Assembly: GCA_017517805.1 (NCBI GenBank)
Contig: JAFWYD010000089.1
Span: forward strand, 26,887 to 90,886
DNA: 64,000 nucleotides
Source: Akkermansia sp.
GTDB lineage: Bacteria; Verrucomicrobiota; Verrucomicrobiia; Verrucomicrobiales; Akkermansiaceae
Direction of reading: 5' to 3'
How positions within the stretch are numbered: position 1 is the first letter of the stretch; every line of letters starts with the position of its first letter. Below are positions 1-7,095 of this stretch, piece after piece. The position numbers and the translations under genes are program-made. The notes beneath the pieces were generated by a model. That model saw only the letters and a list, made by a program, of their open reading frames with translations. It searched no databases and was not told the DNA's origin.

Positions 1-112
1 TTCGCGCCATTGGGAAACGATATTCAGTCCTGCGGACTGAACGATATTCCGCTTCGCGGAACGATATTGCGGCATTGCCGCAACGATATTCGCACCCTGC
101 GGGCGCGAACGT
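1..112. repeat. Composite repeat unit, copy A (cut by window start): 4 x [AACGATATT + short GC hairpin]
   Basis: AACGATATT occurs at 16-24, 40-48, 60-68 and 82-90. Each is followed by a different small palindrome (cagtcc-tgc-ggactg; ccgc-ttc-gcgg; gcggc-att-gccgc; cgcaccc-tgc-gggcgcg). Matches 173-284 with 3 mismatches over 112 nt. Confidence 0.9.
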
Positions 113-172
113 GGATGCCTTCTATATCAGGAAGGCTGAACCGTTTTCCCGATGGGCAGGATTTCTCGTGCG

Positions 173-284
173 TTCGTGCCATTGGGAAACGATATTCAGT
201 CCTGCGGACTGAACGATATTCCGCTTCGCGGAACGATATTGCGGCATTGCCGCAACGATATTCGCGCCCAGCGGGCGCGAACGT
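173..284. repeat. Composite repeat unit, copy B, abutting the hemW stop codon
   Basis: Same 9-mer/hairpin order as copy A at an offset of 172 nt. The fourth hairpin is a perfect stem here (cgcgccc-agc-gggcgcg). The unit ends exactly at the hemW stop (284-286). Confidence 0.9.
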
Positions 285-1372
285 CATAACAGGCCAACGG
301 CCACCTCATCGGCCACGAGGCGACCGGCGCGGGTGAGTTGCAACCGCCCATCATCGCTGAGGGTGGCAAGGCCTTCTTGCTGGAGCATGGCGGTGAAGGT
401 TGCATCCTGCGGGCGGAGCATGGCGGGGGGGAGTCCTTCATCGGTGCGGAGGAGGAGGCCGAGGAGTTCGGTGCGGCGGGTGGCGGGGTCGAGTTGTTCG
501 CTGGTGCCGGGGGGGAGCTGGCCGGCCAGCAGGGCGGCGGTGTAGGCGGCGGTGTTTTCTGCGTTGCAGTAGCGGGTGCCGTCCATGGTGCCGACGGCTC
601 CGGGACCGAGGCCGCAGTAGTCCTCGCCGTGCCAGCAGGCGAGGTTGTGCTGCGATTCGCAGCCGGGGCGGGCGTAGTTGGAGATTTCGTAGTGGCGGAA
701 ACCGGCTGCGGTGAGTCGCTCATCCGCCAGGGTGAACATGGCAATGTCTGTTTCCTCGTTGCCGGCATCGGCCCCGTAGCGCTGGAAGAAGGCGGTGTCT
801 TCTTCGTAGCTGAGGTTGTAGGTCGAGATGTGGTCGGGCTGCAGGGCGAGGGCGCTTTCGAGGCTGTGCTCCCATTGGGCGAGGGTCTGCCCGGGCAGGG
901 AGAACATGAGGTCGATATTGACCTGCGGGATGCCCGCTTCGCGCAGGAGCGCCACGCTGGCCGCCACGTCATCCGGGCTGTGCTCGCGCCCCAGGAGCCG
1001 GAGGAGTGCCGGGTCGAAACTCTGCACGCCGAGCGATACGCGGTTGATTCCCAGCTGGCGCCAGTGCTGCACTTTGGTTGCGGTGAAGGTGGCGGGGTTG
1101 CTTTCGAAGCTCCATTCCAGCACCTGGCTGAGGTCGAGCCAGCTGCGCAGCCCCTCGACGAGGAGCTCCAGGTGGGTGGGGGAGAGCATGCTGGGGGTGC
1201 CGCCGCCAAAGTAGATGGTGCGCGGAGCGCTTCCCTGCGGCAGGCGGAGTCTCGCTTCCAGCCCGATGGCGCGCGCGTAGCTGCGGATATCGCTGTTGCC
1301 CGGTGTGTGCTTGAAGAAGGCGCAGTACGGGCAGATGCGGTGGCAGAAGGGGACGTGGATGTAGAGGTGCAT
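284..1372 (-). CDS. hemW: Radical SAM heme chaperone HemW / HemN-like coproporphyrinogen III oxidase family
   Basis: 362 aa. N-terminal radical-SAM CxxxCxxC motif (HVPFCHRICPYCAF). Length and overall pattern fit HemW/YggW. ATG at 1372. Confidence 0.85.
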   Translation of the reverse strand: MHLYIHVPFCHRICPYCAFFKHTPGNSDIRSYARAIGLEARLRLPQGSAPRTIYFGGGTPSMLSPTHLELLVEGLRSWLDLSQVLEWSFESNPATFTATKVQHWRQLGINRVSLGVQSFDPALLRLLGREHSPDDVAASVALLREAGIPQVNIDLMFSLPGQTLAQWEHSLESALALQPDHISTYNLSYEEDTAFFQRYGADAGNEETDIAMFTLADERLTAAGFRHYEISNYARPGCESQHNLACWHGEDYCGLGPGAVGTMDGTRYCNAENTAAYTAALLAGQLPPGTSEQLDPATRRTELLGLLLRTDEGLPPAMLRPQDATFTAMLQQEGLATLSDDGRLQLTRAGRLVADEVAVGLL

Positions 1373-1380
1373 GCCGGGGG

Positions 1381-1413
1381 AAAATACGGAGGGCCGGGTG
1401 TTGGCCCGGCCCT
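1381..1413 (-). terminator. Rho-independent terminator after nagB
   Basis: Perfect 9-bp stem agggccggg/cccggccct (1390-1413) followed on the minus strand by a T-rich run (plus-strand aaaata 1381-1386). Confidence 0.55.
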
Positions 1414-1440
1414 CGCAGAATGGGTTGTCGACCTGCGGCT

Positions 1441-2184
1441 TTACAGCTCGGAGGCAGCGGGAGTGTCAAGGAAGTACTTGGCATCCGCATGCTTCTGCAG
1501 GTAGGATGCGGCCACATCGATGGTGACCGGGCCGTTGATGGCCTTGTTCACGATGGAGGCCTTCTTCTCGCCCCAGGCCATGAGACGCACCTTCTTGGCG
1601 CCCATGATGGTGGCCACACCCATGGTGATGGCGGTGCTGGGTACGTTTTCGAAACCACCGAAAGCGGGGGCGGCATCGGTCTTGGTCAGGTCATCAAGGT
1701 GCACCTGGCGGGTGATGGTGGTGTCATCGGAGCCGGGTTCGTTGAAGCCGATGTGGCCGGTGCGGCCGATACCGAGGATCTGGAGGTCGAGACCACCGCA
1801 ATCCTTGATCTTCTGCTCGTAGGCGGCGCAGTGGGCGGGGATTTCCTCGGGAGCGAGGGTGCCGCAGGGCAGGTTGATGTTTTCGGCGGGGATGTCGATG
1901 TGGTTGAAGAGGTTGGTGTGCATGAAGTACCAGTAGGACTCCACGTGGTCGTGGGGCAGACCGGTGTATTCATCCAGGTTGAAGGTGGTCACGTTCTTGA
2001 AGGAAAGACCCTCTTCCTTGTGCAGGCGGATGAGCTCAGCATAGAAGGGCAGCGGGGTGGCACCCGTGGCCAGACCCAGAACAACGCCCTTGCCTTCGGC
2101 TGCACGGCTGCGGATGAGTTCTGCGACTTCCGCGGCCAGGGTCTTGGCTGCGGCTTCCTTGGTTTCGAAAACTTCGTATGTCAT
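1441..2184 (-). CDS. nagB: Glucosamine-6-phosphate deaminase
   Basis: 247 aa. Characteristic NagB blocks LGLATGATP, NLDEY and GIGRTGHIGFNEPGS. Confidence 0.93.
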   Translation of the reverse strand: MTYEVFETKEAAAKTLAAEVAELIRSRAAEGKGVVLGLATGATPLPFYAELIRLHKEEGLSFKNVTTFNLDEYTGLPHDHVESYWYFMHTNLFNHIDIPAENINLPCGTLAPEEIPAHCAAYEQKIKDCGGLDLQILGIGRTGHIGFNEPGSDDTTITRQVHLDDLTKTDAAPAFGGFENVPSTAITMGVATIMGAKKVRLMAWGEKKASIVNKAINGPVTIDVAASYLQKHADAKYFLDTPAASEL

Positions 2185-2253
2185 AGCGGGTTTATTTTAT
2201 AGCCGCTTGCTGGCAAATTCAACCCTAAAATGTACAAAAGGGAGAAATTTTGG

Positions 2254-3573
2254 TTAATCCAAATCGTAGCGGATGCGGATTTCGATGCCATCGCGCCCGG
2301 CTCCGCCCAGTTTGCGGAGCTCGGCAGAGATGATTTCCCAGTCCTGGAGGGTGTGCACGGAGATGCAGCCGTGAGAGCCGGTGTGGCGCACGGTGCTTTC
2401 TTCGGTTTCGCCGGGTATGGCTACGGTGGCCAGGTGGAGCATGATATCGGTGCGGGTGTCGCTGAATTGCGGGATTGCCTGGCGACCCAGGCAGGAGATG
2501 AAGAAGCCTTTGATGGTATGGCCGTACAAATCGGTGTAGAGCCTGGCGGTGGCACCTTCGGGCACGATGGGCGCAGTGAATTCCTCAGAACCGTGGAAAT
2601 GGCGGGCTCTGCCGCCGGCCTGCACGGGGAATTTCAGCGGGGGGATACCGTTGTCGTAATGCAGGGTGAGGGTACCGCGGTAGACGGAGCCGTGATACCC
2701 GCTGATGCCATCCTCCCCACCGGGGTTTTTCTCGTACTCCTGCTTCCAGAGGATGTTCTTATGCGTGTGGCGTTTTTGCCTGCGGCTCCACATGAAGGCA
2801 TACGGGTGACTCTGCATGCGACGGCGGGTGAGGGCTTTGTCTCGGAAACGCCGCCAGCTTGCCTTCTGTTTTTCCAGTTCATCCAGCGCTTTGGCGTTGG
2901 CGATGTCCTGCTCCTCCAGCTCTGCCTCCGTGGCACCGGTGTGGGTGAATACTACATCTATATAGCGCACTTTTTCCCGGGCTCGCTCGGTGGCTCCCCA
3001 ATGCTCGGGGCGGGCTCCGGCTGCTATCAGAATCCCGGCCAGGTCGGGATTCTGCAGGGGGACCAGCATCAGGGCGGTCCGGCCTTGTTGATCTGTCTGG
3101 TGGATATCTGCTCCGTGGCGCAGTAGTTGCAGCACGGTGTCGGCGGCGTGCTCCGGCTGGGCAACGGCTGAGTGCAGGGTGCAGCCAGCCGGGGCGGGGC
3201 GGCAGCAGCGCACCAGGCGCAGCGCGAGGCTGGAGTCGGTTGTGAAATCATGCGCACACAGCCCCCTCTTATCGAAGATGAGCGGGTCGGCTCCATTCAG
3301 CAGAAGCAGGGAAACAAGCGGTTCATGATTCAGCCGTGCCGCCAGCATCAGGGCTGTTTCGCCATGGGGCGCATCCTGCGCGTTGATATCGCCCCCGCGG
3401 GCTATTTCTCCCAGCCTGGCGACCAGTCGGCGGCTTGTGTCCGGGGTAGGGCTGGCAGCCTGCAGCTCGCAGGCGTAGTCCTGCAGTTTCTGCCTCCACG
3501 CGCCCGCTGCCTCTGCGTTGCAGTCTAACAAGCAGATGAGCAATAGAACAAGGCTCAGAAGGTTACGCGCCAT
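2254..3573 (-). CDS. Secreted ankyrin-repeat protein with C-terminal L,D-transpeptidase-fold (Tlde1/DUF2778- or YkuD-like) domain
   Basis: Signal peptide MARNLLSLVLLLICLL from the ATG at 3573 (the ORF-track start 3612 is a GTG). Ankyrin motifs GETALMLAARLNHEPLVSLLLLNGADP and GRTALMLV..LLRHGADI. C-terminus has APIVPEG..RLY then H..x..GSHGCISV, resembling the catalytic H/(S/T)xGC(I/V) motif. Confidence 0.7.
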   Translation of the reverse strand: MARNLLSLVLLLICLLDCNAEAAGAWRQKLQDYACELQAASPTPDTSRRLVARLGEIARGGDINAQDAPHGETALMLAARLNHEPLVSLLLLNGADPLIFDKRGLCAHDFTTDSSLALRLVRCCRPAPAGCTLHSAVAQPEHAADTVLQLLRHGADIHQTDQQGRTALMLVPLQNPDLAGILIAAGARPEHWGATERAREKVRYIDVVFTHTGATEAELEEQDIANAKALDELEKQKASWRRFRDKALTRRRMQSHPYAFMWSRRQKRHTHKNILWKQEYEKNPGGEDGISGYHGSVYRGTLTLHYDNGIPPLKFPVQAGGRARHFHGSEEFTAPIVPEGATARLYTDLYGHTIKGFFISCLGRQAIPQFSDTRTDIMLHLATVAIPGETEESTVRHTGSHGCISVHTLQDWEIISAELRKLGGAGRDGIEIRIRYDLD

Positions 3574-3680
3574 AGATGACAAGAAGAGAGGCAGGGGCAA
3601 TTTACACGACACACGCGCGTGTGTAAAGAAAATTGTACCCTTTTTTTTAAGAAAAAAACATTTTTTCGCAAAAAAAAGGC

Positions 3681-3709
3681 TTGCAATGGCGGGAATCGTG
3701 TGCTATGCT
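3681..3709 (+). promoter_or_regulatory. Sigma70-type promoter of the tRNA-Thr/Lys/Lys operon with phased A/T-tract UP region
   Basis: TTGCAA (3681-3686), 17-nt spacer, TATGCT (3704-3709), about 20 nt before the tRNA-Thr 5' end. Upstream tracts T8 (3641-3648), A7 (3652-3658), T6 (3661-3666) and A8 (3670-3677). Confidence 0.6.
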
Positions 3710-3728
3710 GCCGCCGCACACAGCATCC

Positions 3729-3800
3729 GCCGCTGTAGCTCAGGGGTAGAGCAACGCATTCGTAATGCGTGGGTCGTCAGTTCAAATCTGACCAGCGGCT
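3729..3800 (+). tRNA. tRNA-Thr (anticodon CGT)
   Basis: Manual cloverleaf. Acceptor gccgctg/cagcggc, D arm gctc-aggggta-gagc, anticodon arm acgca-ttCGTaa-tgcgt, T arm gtcag-ttcaaat-ctgac. 72 nt, CCA not encoded. Confidence 0.95.
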
Positions 3801-3845
3801 TCTCCCTATGAGAAACACAGGGTGCAGGGTGCTCACAGACAAAGT

Positions 3846-3921
3846 GCCTCCGTAGCTCAGTTGGTAGAGCAGTTGACTCTTAATCAATTTGTCCGCGGTT
3901 CGAGTCCGCGCGGGGGTACCA
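3846..3921 (+). tRNA. tRNA-Lys (anticodon CTT), copy 1, CCA encoded
   Basis: Manual cloverleaf. Acceptor gcctccg/cgggggt (two G-U pairs), anticodon arm gttga-ctCTTaa-tcaat, T arm cgcgg-ttcgagt-ccgcg, discriminator A then CCA. Confidence 0.93.
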
Positions 3922-3948
3922 GTCTGTGAGCAGCCGGGTGAGCACAAA

Positions 3949-4021
3949 GCCTCCGTAGCTCAGTTGGTAGAGCAGTTGACTCTTAATCAATTTGTCCGCG
4001 GTTCGAGTCCGCGCGGGGGTA
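3949..4021 (+). tRNA. tRNA-Lys (anticodon CTT), copy 2, no encoded CCA
   Basis: 73 nt identical to copy 1, at 103-nt periodicity. Followed by ctc instead of cca. Confidence 0.93.
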
Positions 4022-4044
4022 CTCAGTTTTGTATGAGAGGTGAG

Positions 4045-4080
4045 GGGTGACCTGTTGCGCAGGTCGCCCTTTCGTTTTTT
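4045..4080 (+). terminator. Rho-independent terminator of the tRNA operon
   Basis: Stem gggtgacctg/caggtcgccc (one G-U pair), loop ttgcg, then tttcgtttttt. Confidence 0.8.
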
Positions 4081-4127
4081 CGCAGATGTGCAGGACGTGA
4101 AATCTGAAATCAGGGCAGAATCGGAAC

Positions 4128-4156
4128 TTGCCACGTAGTATAGAAAAGAGTAGAAT
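4128..4156 (+). promoter_or_regulatory. Candidate sigma70-type promoter of the peptide ABC importer operon
   Basis: TTGCCA (4128-4133), 17-nt spacer, TAGAAT (4151-4156). It implies a very short leader before the ATG at 4170. The ORF-track TTG start at 4128 coincides with the -35 box. Confidence 0.45.
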
Positions 4157-4169
4157 AGCCGGAGTTTCC

Positions 4170-5495
4170 ATGAGACAATATATTCTCAGACGCCTGATGC
4201 TGATGCCCATTACCTTGATAGGCATCACCTTTCTGGTGTTTTTTCTGACACGGCTGGTGCCGGGCGGCCCGGTGGAGCGCATGCTGCAGGAGCAGGCTAT
4301 CGGAGCGCTGAGCGGTGAAAAGACTGTGGGGCAGGGGAACTCCCGGCTTGGAAATGATGATGTGGAGCGTCTGGAAGAGTTGTTCAACCTGCAGGAACCG
4401 GTCTGGAAAGCCTATCTGCAGTGGCTGGGGATTCTCCCCCGCGAGGTGGAGATTGCCAAGGCTGAGTTTAATGATGCCGGCCTGGCGGTCATCACGATTG
4501 TTTCTACCAGTGGGCATTCCGTGGCGCTGGAGGTAACGCGGGAGGGCCGGGAACCCCAGTATCTGGCTCCGGAGTGGATGAAGGATGAAGGCTGGCAGGT
4601 GCGGCTGGAATCTCCCCGGGTCCGGGCAGAGCGACTGGCTGCCCGCCAACAGGTTACGGATGCCGCAGTCATTGAAGACATGGCCAAGAGCCCGGCTTGC
4701 CGGCGCTGGCGCGCGGTGGCGAGCCGCCGTGCTTTCCAGGGGGTGTTGCAGGGGAACCTGGGGCTTTCCTATAAGTACAATGAACCGGTGTCCCGCATGA
4801 TGCTGGATCGCCTGCCTGTGTCGCTGTATTTCGGGTTGCTGGGGGCGTTCATCACGTATGTGGTGAGTATACCGCTGGGGGTGTTCAAGGCATTGTGGCA
4901 CCGCAGCTGGTTTGATAGTGTGAGCAGCGTGCTGATATTCATGGGGTATGCGGTGCCGGGCTTTGCGCTGGGGGCTGTGCTGCTGGTGTATCTGGGGGCG
5001 CGGTTGGAGTGGTTCCCGCTGTATGGACTGGTGAGTCCCGGGTTTGAGTGGATGCCCTTCAAGGATCAGCTTTACGACCTGGCGATTCATTCTGTGCTGC
5101 CGCTTTCCTGCTATGTGGTTTCGACCTTTGCGGTGACGACCATGATGATGAAGAACAATCTCATGGAGCACCTGGCTGCAGACTACGTGCGCACGGCGGT
5201 GTCGAAGGGCGTATCGTTCCGTCAGGCGGTGTGGCGGCATGCCTTCCGCAATTCGGTTATCCCCATCGTGGCAACACTTGGCGGGGTTATCTGCACGGTG
5301 GTGGGGGGCTCCATCCTCATCGAGCGCGTGTTCGATATCCAGGGCTTCGGCATGCTGTGCTTCCAGGCGCTTATGGATAAGGATTACTCGCTGATCATGG
5401 GTACCCTGCTGCTTTCTTCCATCCTGATTATTATCGGAAATCTGCTTTCGGACCTGCTGGTCGCCGTGGTGGATCCCCGCGTGCGTTTTGATTGA
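4170..5495 (+). CDS. ABC peptide importer permease, DppB/OppB/YejB family, with enlarged periplasmic insert
   Basis: N-terminus MRQYILRRLMLMPITLIGITFLVFFL and EAA-loop block ADYVRTAVSKGVSFRQAVWRHAFRNSVIP are typical of the family. GGAG lies 6 nt upstream of the ATG at 4170. Confidence 0.85.
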   Translation: MRQYILRRLMLMPITLIGITFLVFFLTRLVPGGPVERMLQEQAIGALSGEKTVGQGNSRLGNDDVERLEELFNLQEPVWKAYLQWLGILPREVEIAKAEFNDAGLAVITIVSTSGHSVALEVTREGREPQYLAPEWMKDEGWQVRLESPRVRAERLAARQQVTDAAVIEDMAKSPACRRWRAVASRRAFQGVLQGNLGLSYKYNEPVSRMMLDRLPVSLYFGLLGAFITYVVSIPLGVFKALWHRSWFDSVSSVLIFMGYAVPGFALGAVLLVYLGARLEWFPLYGLVSPGFEWMPFKDQLYDLAIHSVLPLSCYVVSTFAVTTMMMKNNLMEHLAADYVRTAVSKGVSFRQAVWRHAFRNSVIPIVATLGGVICTVVGGSILIERVFDIQGFGMLCFQALMDKDYSLIMGTLLLSSILIIIGNLLSDLLVAVVDPRVRFD

Positions 5496-7090
5496 TGACC
5501 AAGAATCTCATAGCTTTGCTCATGGTGCTGGCGGCCCTGCTGGGGGCGCTGGGGGAGTTTAACGGCTGGCTGCTGCCGACCCTTTCGTGGCCATTCACGG
5601 TCAGCCGCGAGGTGCCGTGCCTCAGTTGCAGCGGAGAGGCTCTGCCGCTTCTGGAGGTGGAGGGCAAGGTGCACTGGTTCGGCTGGGGCTGCATGGCTTT
5701 GCTGCTGCTCGGTGGGGTGTATCTGCTGATGCGGCGCTCTTCCAGTCTGCGCCTGCCTCCGGAATATGTCCAGTGTGTGCAGCGTTTCAAGCGCATCAAG
5801 CGCGGCTACTGGTCGCTGATTGCTTTCGGAGTCATCATGCTGCTGGCTGCCATGGATCAGTGCCTCGTGGGTAAGCGCGCCCTCTTTGTATCGTACGATG
5901 GCAAGTGGTACAGCCCGGCGCTGACCCGCGCGGTGCTGCCTGGTTCTACCTTTGGCCTGAAAGGAGCCGAGGCCAGGGCCGAGACCGACTATCGCGAGCT
6001 GAAAGCCCGGCTGGGTCGCACGGGGGTGCCGGGTTTTGTCATCATGCCCCTGGTGCCGTACGACCCGACGATGGATGCCGCGCCGTTTCCCTCGGAGGCC
6101 CTGGTGTGGAAGGATGGCGTGTTGTATGATGAGGACGGCAATCAACCATACAACGGCCTGGCTTGCCGCCTGTATGCCGATGGACAGCCGCACCTGAGGC
6201 AGCGGTTCCGCCGCGGGCTGCCGGATGGCCACGTGCAGGGCTGGCTGCAGAACCGCACCGAGGTATACTCTGCCACCTACCGCGAGGGTAAGCTGCTGGA
6301 GGAGCACTACCGCGGTGCGCTGGAGCCTGGCCAGTTCATGATGCTCACCCCGGCCGGCAGCGAGCGCAAGGTATACTACCACCCCGCGCCTCCGCTCACC
6401 GGGGATCACCTGTTGGGCACCAACAGCCAGGGCGCTGATATCCTGGCATACCTCTACGGTGGCTTGCAGGTCAATATCAAGGCAGCGCTGCTTTATCTGC
6501 CGGCTATCTACTTCATCGGCCTTACCATGGGGATGCTCATGGGCTATTTCGGCGGGCGCTTCGACCTGGTCACCCAGCGCTTTATCGAGATACTCTCGCA
6601 GGTGCCTTTCCTTTTTGTTGTGATGGTGGTTTCAGATTTCGTGCCGTTGGAGCTGCGGGGCTTGTTCCTGATACTGAGCCTGCTGGCCATGTTCGGGTGG
6701 ATGCATATGACATACCTGGTGCGGGCGGCCACGCTGAAGGAAAAGACCCGCGACTATGTGGCCGCTGCCAAGGTGATGGGTGCCGGCACCGCCCATATCC
6801 TGCTGCGGCATATCCTGCCGAATCTGCGCGGTATCGTGGTGACTCTGGTGCCTTTCAGCGTGGCGGCGTTGATTTTGTCGCTCGCCTCGCTGGATTATCT
6901 GGGGTTCGGCCTGCCGGATACCTATGCAAGCTGGGGACGCCTGCTGAATGATGGCTTGTCGAAGCTTTCCTCGCCCTGGGTGGTATCAAGCGCATTCGTG
7001 GCGCTGGTGGGAACCCTGCTGATTGTGACCTTCATCGGAGAATCGGTGCGCGAGGCTACGGACCCGCGCCGCCATACCTATTACGAATAA
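5495..7090 (+). CDS. ABC peptide importer permease, DppC/OppC/YejE family, with roughly 300-aa N-terminal extension
   Basis: C-terminal half has GTNSQGADIL and RDYVAAAKVMGAGTAHILLRHILPN (EAA loop). The ATG at 5495 overlaps the upstream TGA by 1 nt (the ORF-track start 5492 is TTG). Confidence 0.85.
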   Translation: MTKNLIALLMVLAALLGALGEFNGWLLPTLSWPFTVSREVPCLSCSGEALPLLEVEGKVHWFGWGCMALLLLGGVYLLMRRSSSLRLPPEYVQCVQRFKRIKRGYWSLIAFGVIMLLAAMDQCLVGKRALFVSYDGKWYSPALTRAVLPGSTFGLKGAEARAETDYRELKARLGRTGVPGFVIMPLVPYDPTMDAAPFPSEALVWKDGVLYDEDGNQPYNGLACRLYADGQPHLRQRFRRGLPDGHVQGWLQNRTEVYSATYREGKLLEEHYRGALEPGQFMMLTPAGSERKVYYHPAPPLTGDHLLGTNSQGADILAYLYGGLQVNIKAALLYLPAIYFIGLTMGMLMGYFGGRFDLVTQRFIEILSQVPFLFVVMVVSDFVPLELRGLFLILSLLAMFGWMHMTYLVRAATLKEKTRDYVAAAKVMGAGTAHILLRHILPNLRGIVVTLVPFSVAALILSLASLDYLGFGLPDTYASWGRLLNDGLSKLSSPWVVSSAFVALVGTLLIVTFIGESVREATDPRRHTYYE

Positions 7091-7095
7091 AATCC

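Noticed and set aside
1-290. CRISPR array or small ORFs (108 aa plus-strand, 87 aa minus-strand) over the left-edge repeats
   Set aside because: The constant element is only 9 nt, and the variable parts are short palindromes duplicated together as a block, so they are not unique spacers. No cas genes are present. The ORFs simply read through the repeats and have no start context.
196-1517. Alternative-frame and antisense ORFs over hemW (337, 388, 182, 128 aa, etc.)
   Set aside because: Their composition is Pro/Ala/Arg/Gly-rich and typical of off-frame GC-rich translation. The minus-strand 362-aa frame carries the radical-SAM CxxxCxxC motif and explains the region.
3574-3612. Upstream non-ATG starts proposed by the ORF track (3612 GTG, 4128 TTG, 5492 TTG, 10346 ATG, 23140 GTG, 40921, 51183, 52341, 54161, 56378, 17565, 48728)
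   Set aside because: In each case a downstream ATG begins the conserved N-terminus or a proper signal peptide or lipobox. Several upstream starts also coincide with promoter boxes (4128 with a -35, 10346 with a -10) or overlap the preceding gene.
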